Positions 13,301 to 23,637 of a DNA stretch of 64,000 nt are shown here, piece after piece (position 1 is the first letter of the stretch; the number at the start of each line of letters is the position of its first letter). The position numbers and the translations under genes are program-made. The notes beneath the pieces were generated by a model that was given only the letters and a program-made list of their open reading frames with translations, did no database searches and had not been told where the DNA came from. Origin of the DNA: Rebecca billardiae RCC1528 (lineage: Eukaryota; Protista; Haptophyta); contig OZ251236.1 of NCBI GenBank assembly GCA_965240325.2, forward strand, positions 1,736,001 to 1,800,000, written 5' to 3'.

Positions 13301-15990
13301 CCGGAGCAGGAGCCGCTGCCGCAGGAGTGGAAGCGGCTCTCCGCGTTCTACCGCCTCGTGCTCATGCGCGCGCTCCGGCCCGACCGCCTCGTCCCCGCCA
13401 CCGAGGCGTGGGTGCGCGAGGTGCTGGGCGCCAAGTACGCGGCCGCGCTGCCCCTCGAGCTCGAGCGCGCGTTTGCAGACGCGTCGCCCGCCGTCCCGAT
13501 CTTCTTCCTGCTCTCGGCGGGCGTGGACCCGACGGCGGCGGTGCAGGCGCTCGGCCGGCGCCGCGGCTTCCGCCGCGAGGACGGCCGCTTCGTCACCGTC
13601 GCGCTCGGCCAGGGGCAGGAGCCGGTCGCCGAGAAGGCGCTCGACCGCACGTGCGCGGAGGGCGGCTGGGTGGTGCTGCAGAACATCGAGCTGGTGCCTG
13701 CGTGGCTGCCGAGGCTCGAGCGCAGGCTCGAGGCGCTCGCGGACGGCTCGGTGCACCCGGACTTCCGCGCGGTGCTCACCGCGATGCCGGGCGGCGCCGT
13801 CCCCGTCGGCCTGCTCCAGAGCTCGATCAAGCTGAGCAACGAGCCGCCCGCCGGCCTGCGCGCCAACATGGTGCGCGCGTACGCCACGTTTGGCGAGGGT
13901 GTGTGGGAGGGCTCGTCGCGCCAGCCCGAGCTCAAGGCGATCGTCTTCGCGCTGTGCTTCTTCCACTCGGTGGTGTGCGAGCGGCGGCGCTTCGGCCCGA
14001 TCGGCTGGAACCGCGCGTACCCCTTCTCGCTCGACGACCTCTCCGTGTGCATCACGGTCGCCTCCTCCTACCTCGAGGGTGCGGTGGGGCCGCGGCTGCC
14101 GTGGGAGGACCTGCGCTACATCTGCGGCGAGATCATGTACGGGGGGCACATCACCGACGCGTGGGACCGCAGGCTGTGCTCGACGTACCTGGCGGCGTTC
14201 CTGCGCGACGAGCTGCTCGAGTCGATGCCGCTCGCGGGCAAGCTCGAGGTGCCCTCCGCCTCGCTCTCGCACCGCGGGTACGTCGAGTACATCAGCGCGC
14301 AGCTCGAGGCGGCCGAGTCAGCAGCCGCGTACGGATTGCATCCCAACAGCGAGATCCTCGTGATGAGCGCGCGCGCCAACGCGCTGTTCGGCGCGATCGC
14401 CGAGCTGCAGCCGAGGGCGAGCGCGGCCGGGGGCGGCGTCGGCGTGGCGGAGAAGGCCAAGCGCACGCTCGACGACATCCTCGAGCGGCTGCCCGAGCCC
14501 TTCGCCGTCTTTGAGCTCGAGGTGCGCGCACGCGCACGCGCGCCACCGCCGCCGCCGCGGCCGAGACGGCGCGACTGCGCGCGCGCGCGCGTCGGCGCGC
14601 GAGTGGCGCGAGGCGGGCGCGCGGCGCGGCGGAGTGCGCCGCGCGCCGCCGCAGCGCCGAGCGACGGCGCCAAGCGCGGCTCACCCCCGCCGCGCGCCCT
14701 CCTCGCGCGCGCCATCGCCCGCGCCGCCTCGCCCCCGCCCCGTTGGCGCGTGCAGGAGCGGCTGTCGGCCGAGCAGCGCGCCTCTCCGTTCGTGAACGTG
14801 TTCGCGCAGGAGTGCGGCCGGATGAACGCGCTGCTCGCAGAGATGCGCCGCACGCTGCTCGAGCTGGACAGCGGGCTCAAGGTGCGCGCACGCGCGCCGC
14901 GCGACGGGCGCCCCATGCCGTGTGCGGCGCCCGCCGCGCCCGCCGCGCGCGCGCGCGCGCCGCGCCACCGCGCTCGCGCGGCGCGGCCGGTGGGGCGCTC
15001 CGCCTTGGCGTGCGCGTGCGTGAGTGTGCGCGCCGCTCGGCTGCGCTCCCCCCACCCCACCGCGCAGGGCGACCTGTCCATCACGGAGAGCATGGAGGCG
15101 CTGATGCGTCAGCTCTACGACAACGCGACGCCGCCGTCGTGGGAGGCGGTCGCGTGGCCCTCGCTGCGGACGCTCGGTGCGCGGCGCGGCGCGGCGCGCG
15201 CGAGAGCGGGGGCGCTGCGCACACGCGCGCGCTCGCTCACGCCGCGCGCGCGCGCGCGCACTCGCTGTGCCGCCTCGGCGCGGCGCCTCCCGCCCGGCTC
15301 CTGCGCGCGCCGCGTGCGCAGGCGCGTGGTTCGCCAACCTGCAGGCGCGGTACAGGCAGCTCAGCGATTGGCTCGCGGAGCTGCAGGTGCCGCGCGTCAC
15401 CTGGCTCCCAGGCCTCTTCAACCCGCAGGCCTTCCTCACCGCGGTCATGCAGGTGACGGCGCGCCGCACCGAGTGGCCGCTCGACAGGCTCGCCATCGTC
15501 GCGGACGTGACCAAGAAGGCGGCAGAGGAGATCGACGGGCCGACGCGCGACGGTGCGCGTGCGCCGCCGCGCGAGCGCCGACGCGCGGAAGTCGCCAGGC
15601 GCGCTCGTCATTCCTTGGGCGCACGCCACTCACGCGAGCGCTGGCCGCTGCGCGCCCATCCCCCCGTGCGAACTTGGGCCGCGCGCGCGCGTGTGTGCAG
15701 GCGCGTTCGTGCACGGGCTCTTCCTGCAGGGCGCGCGCTGGGACGTGTCGGCGGGCGTGCTCGAGGAGGCGACGCTCAAGGACATCCACCCGCCGATGCC
15801 CGTCGTGCTCATCCGCGCCGCCGAGCGCGAGAAGAGCGAGCCACGCGACCTGTACGTGTGCCCCGTGTACCAGACGCAGAGCCGGGGCAGCACGTTCGTC
15901 TTCACGGCGGGGCTGCGCACCAAGGTGCCGCCGGCCAAGTGGGTGATGGCGGGCGTGGCCATGCTCATGGACGTGAGCACGGCGGAATGA
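1127..15990 (+). CDS. Axonemal dynein heavy chain, outer-arm beta-like (DNAH9/11/17-type). Exons 1127-14521, 14756-14881, 15068-15176, 15322-15552, 15701-15990
   Basis: Long N-terminal tail (HPGPLAEVEFWQQKAANL), P-loops GPAGTGKT, GPAGSGKS, GGAGVAKS and GVGGSGKQ, WGCFDEFNR, HYDWGLR, the stalk, and a C-terminal YVCPVY...KWVMAGVA. Four GT-AG introns restore the conserved frame. Subtype assignment is from recalled family similarity. Confidence 0.95.
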
Positions 15991-16411
15991 TGACGCGCGG
16001 CGACGGTGATCGCGAAACGACGTTTTTAGCTAAATCAATCTTGAATCGCGACCTTCTGGCTTCCGGGCTCGAACCGGTGGTTCTATCCGAAGCCAATCAT
16101 TGGAGTTGAGAGTGTTCCACCAAGGGGGTTCCACGCCTTGGTTCCACGCCAGGCTGAGCAATACTGGTCGTGCAATCGAAGCGCTTCTTGACATTCTGAG
16201 CGGTTTCTGGGTCGATTCAACCCTTTTACCCACGTCAAGGCGCATATAATATAAGTCCCGTATGATTCGAGAATACCTCCGCAATAGTCTGCATGATTCG
16301 AAGATAAAAAGCCTTCCGGCCTTCGCACCCGTAAAAGCATAAAAGGGAGACGGCGTCGGGAACACGTCGGCACCCCCTCGCCTCTTCGTGACACACCCAC
16401 CACACACACAC

Positions 16412-17517
16412 CAAGGGAGGTCCGGGCCGGGAGCTCCCAGCGAGCGGCCAGCGCGACATCACCTCAAGGTTTTTCCTGAGCGCCGGGCGGCAGCGGCGGC
16501 GAGGGCGGTGCTCCGCTGGCGGGGCGCGCACGGGGCACGGCGCTGCGGGCGCGGATGTGTCCGCAGAGCCGGCGCGTGCGGACGGGCTGTTGCGGGAGAG
16601 CATCTGGCGCCCTCCTGCGCCGCGCGCATTGCGCCACGCCTCTTTCGCCTTGACTCAGGGCAGCGCGCACATGCGCGCTGCGTCAAGGCCAGCCTTGCCG
16701 CGCCGCAGCCGACCGCACGCGCGCCGTGCGCGGCGTGGTCGGGAAGGAACGGGCGCGGCTGCCGGGCGAGATGGCGACATCACGTGCGCACGCCATGTCG
16801 TCCCGCGGCGCCGCGAAAGGGCGCGATAACGGATCCGCACAGCTGTTGACGAGTGCTGATTTCTTGCCGTGCCTGAAGCCAGACCTGAGCTCGAAAAAGA
16901 TGATGAAAGTGCATCAGCGCGAGGAAAGCGTCGCACCCAGCACTTCTACATGGCCACGTGGTGATGGACATTCATGTAAGAGTAGTCCGCGTGCCCGTCT
17001 GGCACTGTTCTGTGTCTCAATGATCGTCCCGACAAGGGTCGCGACCGCGAGGCCGTGCAGACCATTTGAGACAACTCGAAGAGGCGTGCAAACGGACCGG
17101 CGACACGCTCGTCAAGGCGTGGCGGGGCGGCATGGCGTGCGCACGTGATGTCGCCATCTCGCCCGGCAGCCACGCCCGTTCCTTCCCGACCACGCCGCGC
17201 ACGGCGCGCGCGCGGTCGGCTGCGGCGCGGCAAGGCTGGCCTTGACGCGGCGCGCATGTGCGCGCTGCCCTGAGTCAAGGCGAAAGAGGCGTGGCGCAAT
17301 GCGCGCGGCGCAGGAGGGCGCCAGATGCTCTCCCGCAACAGCCCGTCCGCACGCGCCGGCTCTGCGGGCACATCCGCGCCCGCAGCGCCGTGCCCCGTGC
17401 GCGCCCCGCCAGCGGAGCACCGCCCTCGCCGCCGCTGCCGCCCGGCGCTCAGGAAAAAACCTTGAGGTGATGTCGCGCTGGCCGCTCGCTGGGAGCTCCC
17501 GGCCCGGACCTCCCTTG
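16412..17517. mobile_element. Non-autonomous foldback DNA transposon. Inverted arms ~16412-16797 and ~17131-17517, ~330-bp spacer, candidate 7-bp TSD CACACAC
   Basis: The arms are reverse complements with about 4 substitutions and one T-run indel by my comparison. Termini are CAAGGG...CCCTTG. CACACAC lies at 16405-16411 and 17518-17524. Confidence 0.85.
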
Positions 17518-17556
17518 CACACACCCCTTGCCTCATACCCGCAAGCCTCCTCGGTG

Positions 17557-18789
17557 ATGCCTGGGAAGCCCCCGCGATGCGCCCACGAGGGCTGCATGAC
17601 GGCGCCCTCGTTCGGCCTGCCGGGCGACGCGCGCCCCAGCCGATGCGCCGCGCACAAGTTGCACGGGATGACCGGGATGAAGAGCCGCCTCTGCAATCAT
17701 ACCGGCTGCGCAAAGCTGCCGTCGTTTGGCATGCCGGGCGACACGCGAGCGAGCCGATGCGCCGATCACAGGCTGGACAGCATGGTGTACGTGAGAGGGC
17801 GCACGTGCCGGCATGCCGCCTGCATGAAGGTGCCGTCGTTCGGCATGCCGGGTGACGCACGCGCGAGCGTGTGCGCCACGCACAAGCTGGCGGGCATGGT
17901 CAACGTGAGGCACCCCACGTGCCAGCACGAGAACTGCCAGAACAAGCGCGCATCATTCGGTATGCTGGGCGACAGCCGCGCCAGCCGGTGCGCCGCGCAC
18001 AAGCTGGCGGGCATGGTCGACGTCGTCAGCCGCACGTGCGAGCACGTGGGCTGCTCGAAGGTGCCGTCGTTTGGCATGCCGGGCGACTCGCGCTCCAGCC
18101 GGTGCGCTGTGCACAGGCAGGCCGGTATGGTCTACGTGAGGAGCCGCACGTGCAGCCATGCGGACTGCGCCAAGCTGCCGTCTTTCGGCATGCCTGGGGA
18201 CGCGCGCGCGAGCCGCTGCGCCACGCACAAGCTCGATGGCATGGTCAACGTGAGGAGCCGCACGTGCACCCATCCCGGCTGCGACAAGAAGCCCTCATTC
18301 GGCTCCGAGGGCGATCCGCGCGCCAGCCGGTGCGCCCTGCACAGGCTGGCGGGCATGGTCCCCCACCCCGCGATGATAAAGCGGACACCGGCCGACGTGC
18401 CGATTCACCGGGCGAGAAGCGTCGCGAAATACGCGCGGGGGCACGACGGCAGCCGCGTGGCTAGAGGCATCGCGCAGCCGCTACCGCACCCCGTGCAGGT
18501 CATGGCGCACGTCGTGCCGCCGCCGCCGACCTTCTTCGCACCGCCTCCCGTGCACTACTGGCACGACCATTACGGCATGGCGGGCCAGCACATGATGCCG
18601 CCGATGCTGCCGCCGGGCGTCGACACATCGGACCTACCGGCCGTCATCTACCAGGCCGACGGCCGGATGTACTTCATCCCGCCACCGGGCAGCGCGGGCG
18701 CGCCCTCGACCGTGCCGCATCACGCGCGGCTGCCCTCGTCCGCGCCCAGCACCGAGTACATCGCGGTCATTCACCTTGCACGCGCGTAA
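17557..18789 (+). CDS. EsV-1-7-type cysteine-rich repeat protein: 7 repeats of ~38 aa plus a Pro-rich C-terminal tail
   Basis: Repeat consensus C-x-H-x-x-C-x-K-x-PSFGMPGD-x-RASRC-x-x-H-KL-x-GMV-x-V-x-SRT matches the EsV-1-7 cysteine-rich motif. The first ATG outside the transposon arm is at 17557. Confidence 0.8.
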   Translation: MPGKPPRCAHEGCMTAPSFGLPGDARPSRCAAHKLHGMTGMKSRLCNHTGCAKLPSFGMPGDTRASRCADHRLDSMVYVRGRTCRHAACMKVPSFGMPGDARASVCATHKLAGMVNVRHPTCQHENCQNKRASFGMLGDSRASRCAAHKLAGMVDVVSRTCEHVGCSKVPSFGMPGDSRSSRCAVHRQAGMVYVRSRTCSHADCAKLPSFGMPGDARASRCATHKLDGMVNVRSRTCTHPGCDKKPSFGSEGDPRASRCALHRLAGMVPHPAMIKRTPADVPIHRARSVAKYARGHDGSRVARGIAQPLPHPVQVMAHVVPPPPTFFAPPPVHYWHDHYGMAGQHMMPPMLPPGVDTSDLPAVIYQADGRMYFIPPPGSAGAPSTVPHHARLPSSAPSTEYIAVIHLARA

Positions 18790-19510
18790 TCGCGCCGCCC
18801 CGCCCGGATGCTTCGCTGCTGCTGCGCTGCTGACGATGCTGAAGCTGTGCGAGGGGCTGCCGCGTCGTCCCTGAGTTCAAACTGTAATGAGTCGGATCAA
18901 ACTAAATTAATATATATATATAATATTAATATATATATATATTAAATTAAAATATATTGACTATAATTATAATATATGCTCGCGCGGCATGCATATGCGC
19001 TAGTCGGCCCGCTGACTCGGTAAGCCGCTGCTGCGCACTACATTGCTGTCATCATCATATTGACATCAGCCGCGAGTCCGGCGCCGCGGCTAATCGTCGG
19101 TGCTGCGCATGCCGATTGCCGCCCGCCGCCTGCATGCGTCGATGCGACGATCCGCGTGATCCGTCGTCCGAGGACGGTTATAGGATTGTCGTCAACTACC
19201 GCCGAATCGCGGGCGCGGGCGCTGCGCGCCCAGACACGCGCAGACAACGCGGACATTGCCAGTGCCTGGCTCCAAAGCGTGCGCACATCACGGTGATGGA
19301 CTCGTTCCGCCCTGCGCCCTCACTCCGGCTCAGCGACGCCCAGAGAAAGGGATTTCGAGTCCTGCCGACGGGCGCCCCCGCATCCGCGCGCACCGCACAC
19401 GTGACGTCAGTCAGTCAGGCGTGGACGTGCAGCACACACGGGACGCAGGTGAGAGCAGAGAGGCGGAAGCCCACGTGAGCTCAGCACGGGGAGCCAGATG
19501 GGCGGGCACG

Positions 19511-20800
19511 TCATCCCGTGCTGTGGCGCGCTGCAGCGGCCGCGCGATCGCGACGCCGCGCCACCCGCACGAGCGACGCACCCTTGTCTTGCCTGCGCAC
19601 GAGCACAAGGCCTCCGAGCACGACCGGCTTGAGCGCGAGGACCGCCAGGTAGCAGCCGCTCGCAAAGCCCTCCGAGCCCGTCATCTGTCCCCAGTGCGGC
19701 GCCATGCCCATGCGGTACGTGTCGAACAGGACGGACATGCCGGTGAGCACCACGTAGATCAGCAGGAAGTTCACCTTGTCCGTGTCCAGGTAGTAGAGGC
19801 CGAAGAGGCAGATGAGCGCCTGCCACTCGACACGGCGCACCGAGCAGAGCAGATAGCCGAGCAGCTGCAGGAAGAGCAGCAGGTACACGCCCTTGCGCAG
19901 CCCCGCGGAGTCGGCGAAGTCGTTGTACGCGTCGCGCATGTTGTCATCGTCCTGCGTGCCGCCCAGGGTCGCCGTGCGCGGCGCTGCTGAGCCCCTGCCC
20001 GCGGCGCCGCGCTCTGCACGCTCACGCGGCGCGCGTGCGCGCGCGCATACCCACAGGCTGAACATCTTGGCCGCAAGTATGGAGGCGGTCATGGTCATCA
20101 CGATGAAGGTGAGCTGGAGCACGCCGAACGAGGCCTCGAAGGTTACCGGGCCCCAGCCGAGCGTCGTCGGCGCCGAGTAGACGTACGTCGCCATCGCCAC
20201 CAGCAGGAAGGCCCATGAGATTACCCACGTGGACATCACGATGCCGTTCAGCACCGCGTCGTCCACGCCGTACCCGTTGAGCGCGTACCGCACGTTCTTG
20301 GCGGCGGCCCACTGGTTGGACAGGCCGAGCACAAAGCTGCAGAGGCACGCCGCCCACAGCGGGATGTACCCCAGCCACAGCAGCGTGCGCGTGCGGCCGC
20401 CGGCGCGGCGCAGCTGGCACCATACGGCCGCGTGCGTGTCTGCAAACAGGTCGTCGCCGCGGGGCAGCGCGAGCTTGGGGTCGTCGCCGCACTTGTCCTT
20501 CAGACGGGCAGCCTGGTTGAGAAAGAAGCCATCGCCCTGCCCCGTGCCCGCGTCCGCCGCCTCCACCCAGTTGTTGATCGCGAAGCGCACCTTGTGCAGG
20601 CTGACCAGCGCCTTCTGCGGCGTCTTGTCGACGAGCGCTGTGCCGCGAAGCCACTCGTGGCCGTTGAGCGAGGAGCCGATGAGGGCGATGCACAGGAGCG
20701 CCACGAGAGAACTGAAGAGCGCGATAACGTCCAGCGATGCCGATGGCGTCCTGTCCCTCGCCTCCCCTCCAGCTCCGCTCCCGGGACCGTCCTCCATCAT
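19511..20800 (-). CDS. Multi-pass membrane protein of unknown function, with one in-frame intron at 19952-20050
   Basis: About 7-8 hydrophobic segments. A GTATGC...GCAG 99-nt intron removes an out-of-character Arg/Ala stretch. The C-terminal part loosely resembles AGTRAP-like TM modules (unverified). Confidence 0.7.
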   Translation of the reverse strand: MMEDGPGSGAGGEARDRTPSASLDVIALFSSLVALLCIALIGSSLNGHEWLRGTALVDKTPQKALVSLHKVRFAINNWVEAADAGTGQGDGFFLNQAARLKDKCGDDPKLALPRGDDLFADTHAAVWCQLRRAGGRTRTLLWLGYIPLWAACLCSFVLGLSNQWAAAKNVRYALNGYGVDDAVLNGIVMSTWVISWAFLLVAMATYVYSAPTTLGWGPVTFEASFGVLQLTFIVMTMTASILAAKMFSLWVCARARAPRERAERGAAGRGSAAPRTATLGGTQDDDNMRDAYNDFADSAGLRKGVYLLLFLQLLGYLLCSVRRVEWQALICLFGLYYLDTDKVNFLLIYVVLTGMSVLFDTYRMGMAPHWGQMTGSEGFASGCYLAVLALKPVVLGGLVLVRRQDKGASLVRVARRRDRAAAAARHSTG

Positions 20801-21144
20801 TGCTGGCCGGCCCTGAGACGGTGTCGAGACGACGGTTTCGGAAAGCGTGCTCAACTTTCAATTTCGGCCGCGGTTCGTCGCCCACAAATCCTCGGAAATA
20901 TTTTGTCATCGCCTTTTTTTGCTGCCCGCGCCTGTGTCGGGCTCCGCCGCTCCGCCCGCCGCGCCGCGCAAGCAGCCGCAAGCTCTCCGCTCGTGAACTA
21001 CATCAGAACACACCGTCAGTCACCGGCCAGGTTCTCAATCCCTTCAGATGTCGTCAGCACTATATGCAGCAATTCGTGTCAAACGCGCACTGCAGCATGC
21101 CGACACATCAGGACGAAATATGATGCGCATGATCACGACTGCCG

Positions 21145-23475
21145 TCAAGCGCGCAGGGACCGATCGGCATCATCGCCATCGGCATCGGGCGGAGACCTTT
21201 CGGCGCGGCTGGGGGTTTGCACTACAGGCGAACCAGGCCCGGCGTGTGCTGCAGCCGCTGAGCAGCCAGCAAGCACACTCCTGCCGTTCTCCTCGTCATC
21301 CGAGGACGAGTCTTGCGCGTCGTCCTGCGCCGCGCCTAGCTCAGTCGGCAGCTGCGCGTCGAGCGACTGAGCGTGCGGCTCGAGCAGCGGCTTTGTGGAT
21401 GAGCGTGCCGTCCGAGCCGAGGGTGCGGGCGAGCGGCTCACCGGGTTGAGGCTCTGCAGCCGCGCGACAAAGCTCTCCCTCTTGCCGGACAGGCCGACCA
21501 CACAGCTGGGCGAGCCCTGCTCCGGGAAGGAGGTGGCCGGCCACGCTTCTGACACCGGATCATCGCCGTCGTCGGGCTCGGCCGGAGAAGGCTCGGCTGT
21601 GGACGAGCGGCAGCGCGCCGCCACGTCGCGCACCGCAGCGAGCGCGGACGCGGCGGCGCTCGGTCGGCCGGAGAAGGAGCGGGAGACCCCCCGCGCGCGC
21701 CACGATCCGTTGGAGACGGAGGGCTGGCGCGAAGGCGGGCGCTCGGTGCTGCTCCGGCGGCGGGCCATCTCCATCCAGCTCGTGCGCTGCGAGTCGGAGG
21801 GCGAGCCTCGGCTGCGAGAGCTGAGAGGCTTGGGCTCTGCCCGCCCGCCCTCGGCCCCGTCCCGGTCGGAGCCGCTGCTGCCGCCACTCGGCCGCAGCAC
21901 GCCGATGGCCGGTGGGAAGCGCATGGCAAGGTCGCGGAGCGTGCCGGAGTTGGGGCGCGAGCGGGCGGCGCCGTCCTCGCCGCTGAGGCGCCAGTCGAGG
22001 TACCTCTGCACCGCGCGCTCCACCGTGCGCGCGCGGCACAGGGCGACACCCACGCCCAGGCCTGCGAGCGCACCGCAGCCAAACAGAGGCAGCAGCGTCG
22101 CCGCGAGCAGCCGCGCCGCGCCCGGCGGCGGGTCACTGCGCGGGCAGAGCGGAGGCCCGAGGTTGGCCGCCGCGGAGCAGGTCGGGTAGAGGCAGTTGAG
22201 CGCGTCGAGGTCGTCCTGCGAGATGCACGCCGTGAGGCGCGGCCGTGCCACCGAGCGCATGATGCTGGTGCGCGCCAGCGGGGCGGCGCCGCTGCCGCCG
22301 CCAGCGGTGCCGCCGCCGCCGCCCTCCTGGACGGCCGACGTGCCCGGGCCCGCCCTGAGCACGTCGCGCAGGTCACGCGCGCACGCCAGCTTCTCGCGCG
22401 AGCCGTGCGAGGGCGCGACCAGCCTGAGCGCCGGCTCGCTCGTCGGGTGGTCGAGGCCGAGCACGTGGCCGAGCTCGTGTGCGGCCACGCTCTCAAACGG
22501 CAGGCACTGGAAGCACGGGGCCAGCACGCGCCACCCCATGGGCAGGCCGAGCAGCCCGGCGGCGCACAGCGCGATCAGCTCGACGCGGAACGTGCGCGCG
22601 ACGTGCACCGCGCGCTCGCGCCGGCCCCAGCGCTCGAAGACGCTCGCGGGCAGCTGCTCGCGCCACGCGGGCGCCTCAAAGGTGTGGCAGCACAGCAGCA
22701 GCAGCTGCCACAGCAGCCGCACGGAGCCGCCGCAGCACAGCAGCCAGGCAAACAGGCCGACGGCGAAGACGACCGCCTCGTACTTGGAGGAGCCGCCCTG
22801 CTCGCGCGGGTTGCCCCCAGTCCAGCGCGCGCAGAAGCTCATGTCCAGGTACCAGCACTCTGTCGCGTTGAAGTTGAGGTGCGCCGAGCCGATCACGAGC
22901 GACGCGACGCGCGGCGCCGAGCCGTCAGGCGCGCGCGGCAGGAACGTGGCCGCCTCGCCGACCGAGTAGTTGAGCACCTGCGTGTACGCGGCAGTGCCGT
23001 CGCTCGCGGTGCGCGCGGCCTCCTCCGCCGTCTTGGTCGCGCCGCTCGCGCCGAACGCGCCGATGAGCAGCTCCGTCGACGCGCACTGATCGTCGCCCGC
23101 GCGCGCGCACGCCGACGCGTCGTGCGTGAAGCCCACGTGCGGGTGGTTGGCCGCCCACGAGTCCATGGCGGAGCGCATCGCGGCCTCGATGAGCTCGCAG
23201 CCCGGCCGCAGGTCGGAGAAGAACGTGCCCCGCCGGTACAGCTCGGGGAACAGCGGGAGCATCGTCTCGCAGAAGGTGCGCGTGTACGCGTACGTGATGC
23301 CGCCGCCCAGCCCCTCTGCCGAGCCGACAAACGGCGGCGCCGACCACCGCCGCGCCGTGGCGAGGATGCTCTCCACGCTCGCCTCGGGCTCCTCGTCGCC
23401 ATGCGCGAGGCTGAAGCCGTGCGCGCGCACGAGTAGTGCCGCCGCGACCACGCAGCGGCAGAAGCGAGCGGCCAT
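21145..23475 (-). CDS. Membrane-anchored metzincin (matrixin/M10-like) zinc metalloprotease
   Basis: Signal peptide, HELGHVLGLDH (HExxHxxGxxH), Met-turn SIMR, ISQDDLDALNCLYP helix, TM segments and a Ser/Arg-rich tail. Confidence 0.85.
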   Translation of the reverse strand: MAARFCRCVVAAALLVRAHGFSLAHGDEEPEASVESILATARRWSAPPFVGSAEGLGGGITYAYTRTFCETMLPLFPELYRRGTFFSDLRPGCELIEAAMRSAMDSWAANHPHVGFTHDASACARAGDDQCASTELLIGAFGASGATKTAEEAARTASDGTAAYTQVLNYSVGEAATFLPRAPDGSAPRVASLVIGSAHLNFNATECWYLDMSFCARWTGGNPREQGGSSKYEAVVFAVGLFAWLLCCGGSVRLLWQLLLLCCHTFEAPAWREQLPASVFERWGRRERAVHVARTFRVELIALCAAGLLGLPMGWRVLAPCFQCLPFESVAAHELGHVLGLDHPTSEPALRLVAPSHGSREKLACARDLRDVLRAGPGTSAVQEGGGGGTAGGGSGAAPLARTSIMRSVARPRLTACISQDDLDALNCLYPTCSAAANLGPPLCPRSDPPPGAARLLAATLLPLFGCGALAGLGVGVALCRARTVERAVQRYLDWRLSGEDGAARSRPNSGTLRDLAMRFPPAIGVLRPSGGSSGSDRDGAEGGRAEPKPLSSRSRGSPSDSQRTSWMEMARRRSSTERPPSRQPSVSNGSWRARGVSRSFSGRPSAAASALAAVRDVAARCRSSTAEPSPAEPDDGDDPVSEAWPATSFPEQGSPSCVVGLSGKRESFVARLQSLNPVSRSPAPSARTARSSTKPLLEPHAQSLDAQLPTELGAAQDDAQDSSSDDEENGRSVLAGCSAAAAHAGPGSPVVQTPSRAERSPPDADGDDADRSLRA

Positions 23476-23637
23476 CGTGCATTCACGCCCAGCCAGCCGC
23501 GAATATTAATTAATGGTCGGACTACGAATGAAATGCAATAAGATGAGTCGTCATGCAAGACCACTACTATATCGTCAATAATCAAATTTGTGCCAGGACG
23601 CTCGTGCTGCCGCTCATCGAATTACGCGCGCAGCTCA

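Noticed and set aside
1067-14272. Very long antisense and alternate-frame ORFs over dynein and other genes
   Set aside because: Shadow frames from extreme GC3 bias and scarce stop codons; Arg/Ala-rich with no motifs.
16057-16095. tRNA T-arm/B-box-like hairpin on the minus strand (GGTTCGAGCCC) ending in CCA
   Set aside because: Only 39 nt, with no D arm or anticodon arm; cannot be called a tRNA.
17575-18360. Regularly spaced DNA repeats that might suggest a CRISPR array
   Set aside because: The repeats are codon-degenerate protein repeats in a eukaryotic gene; there are no unique spacers or cas genes.
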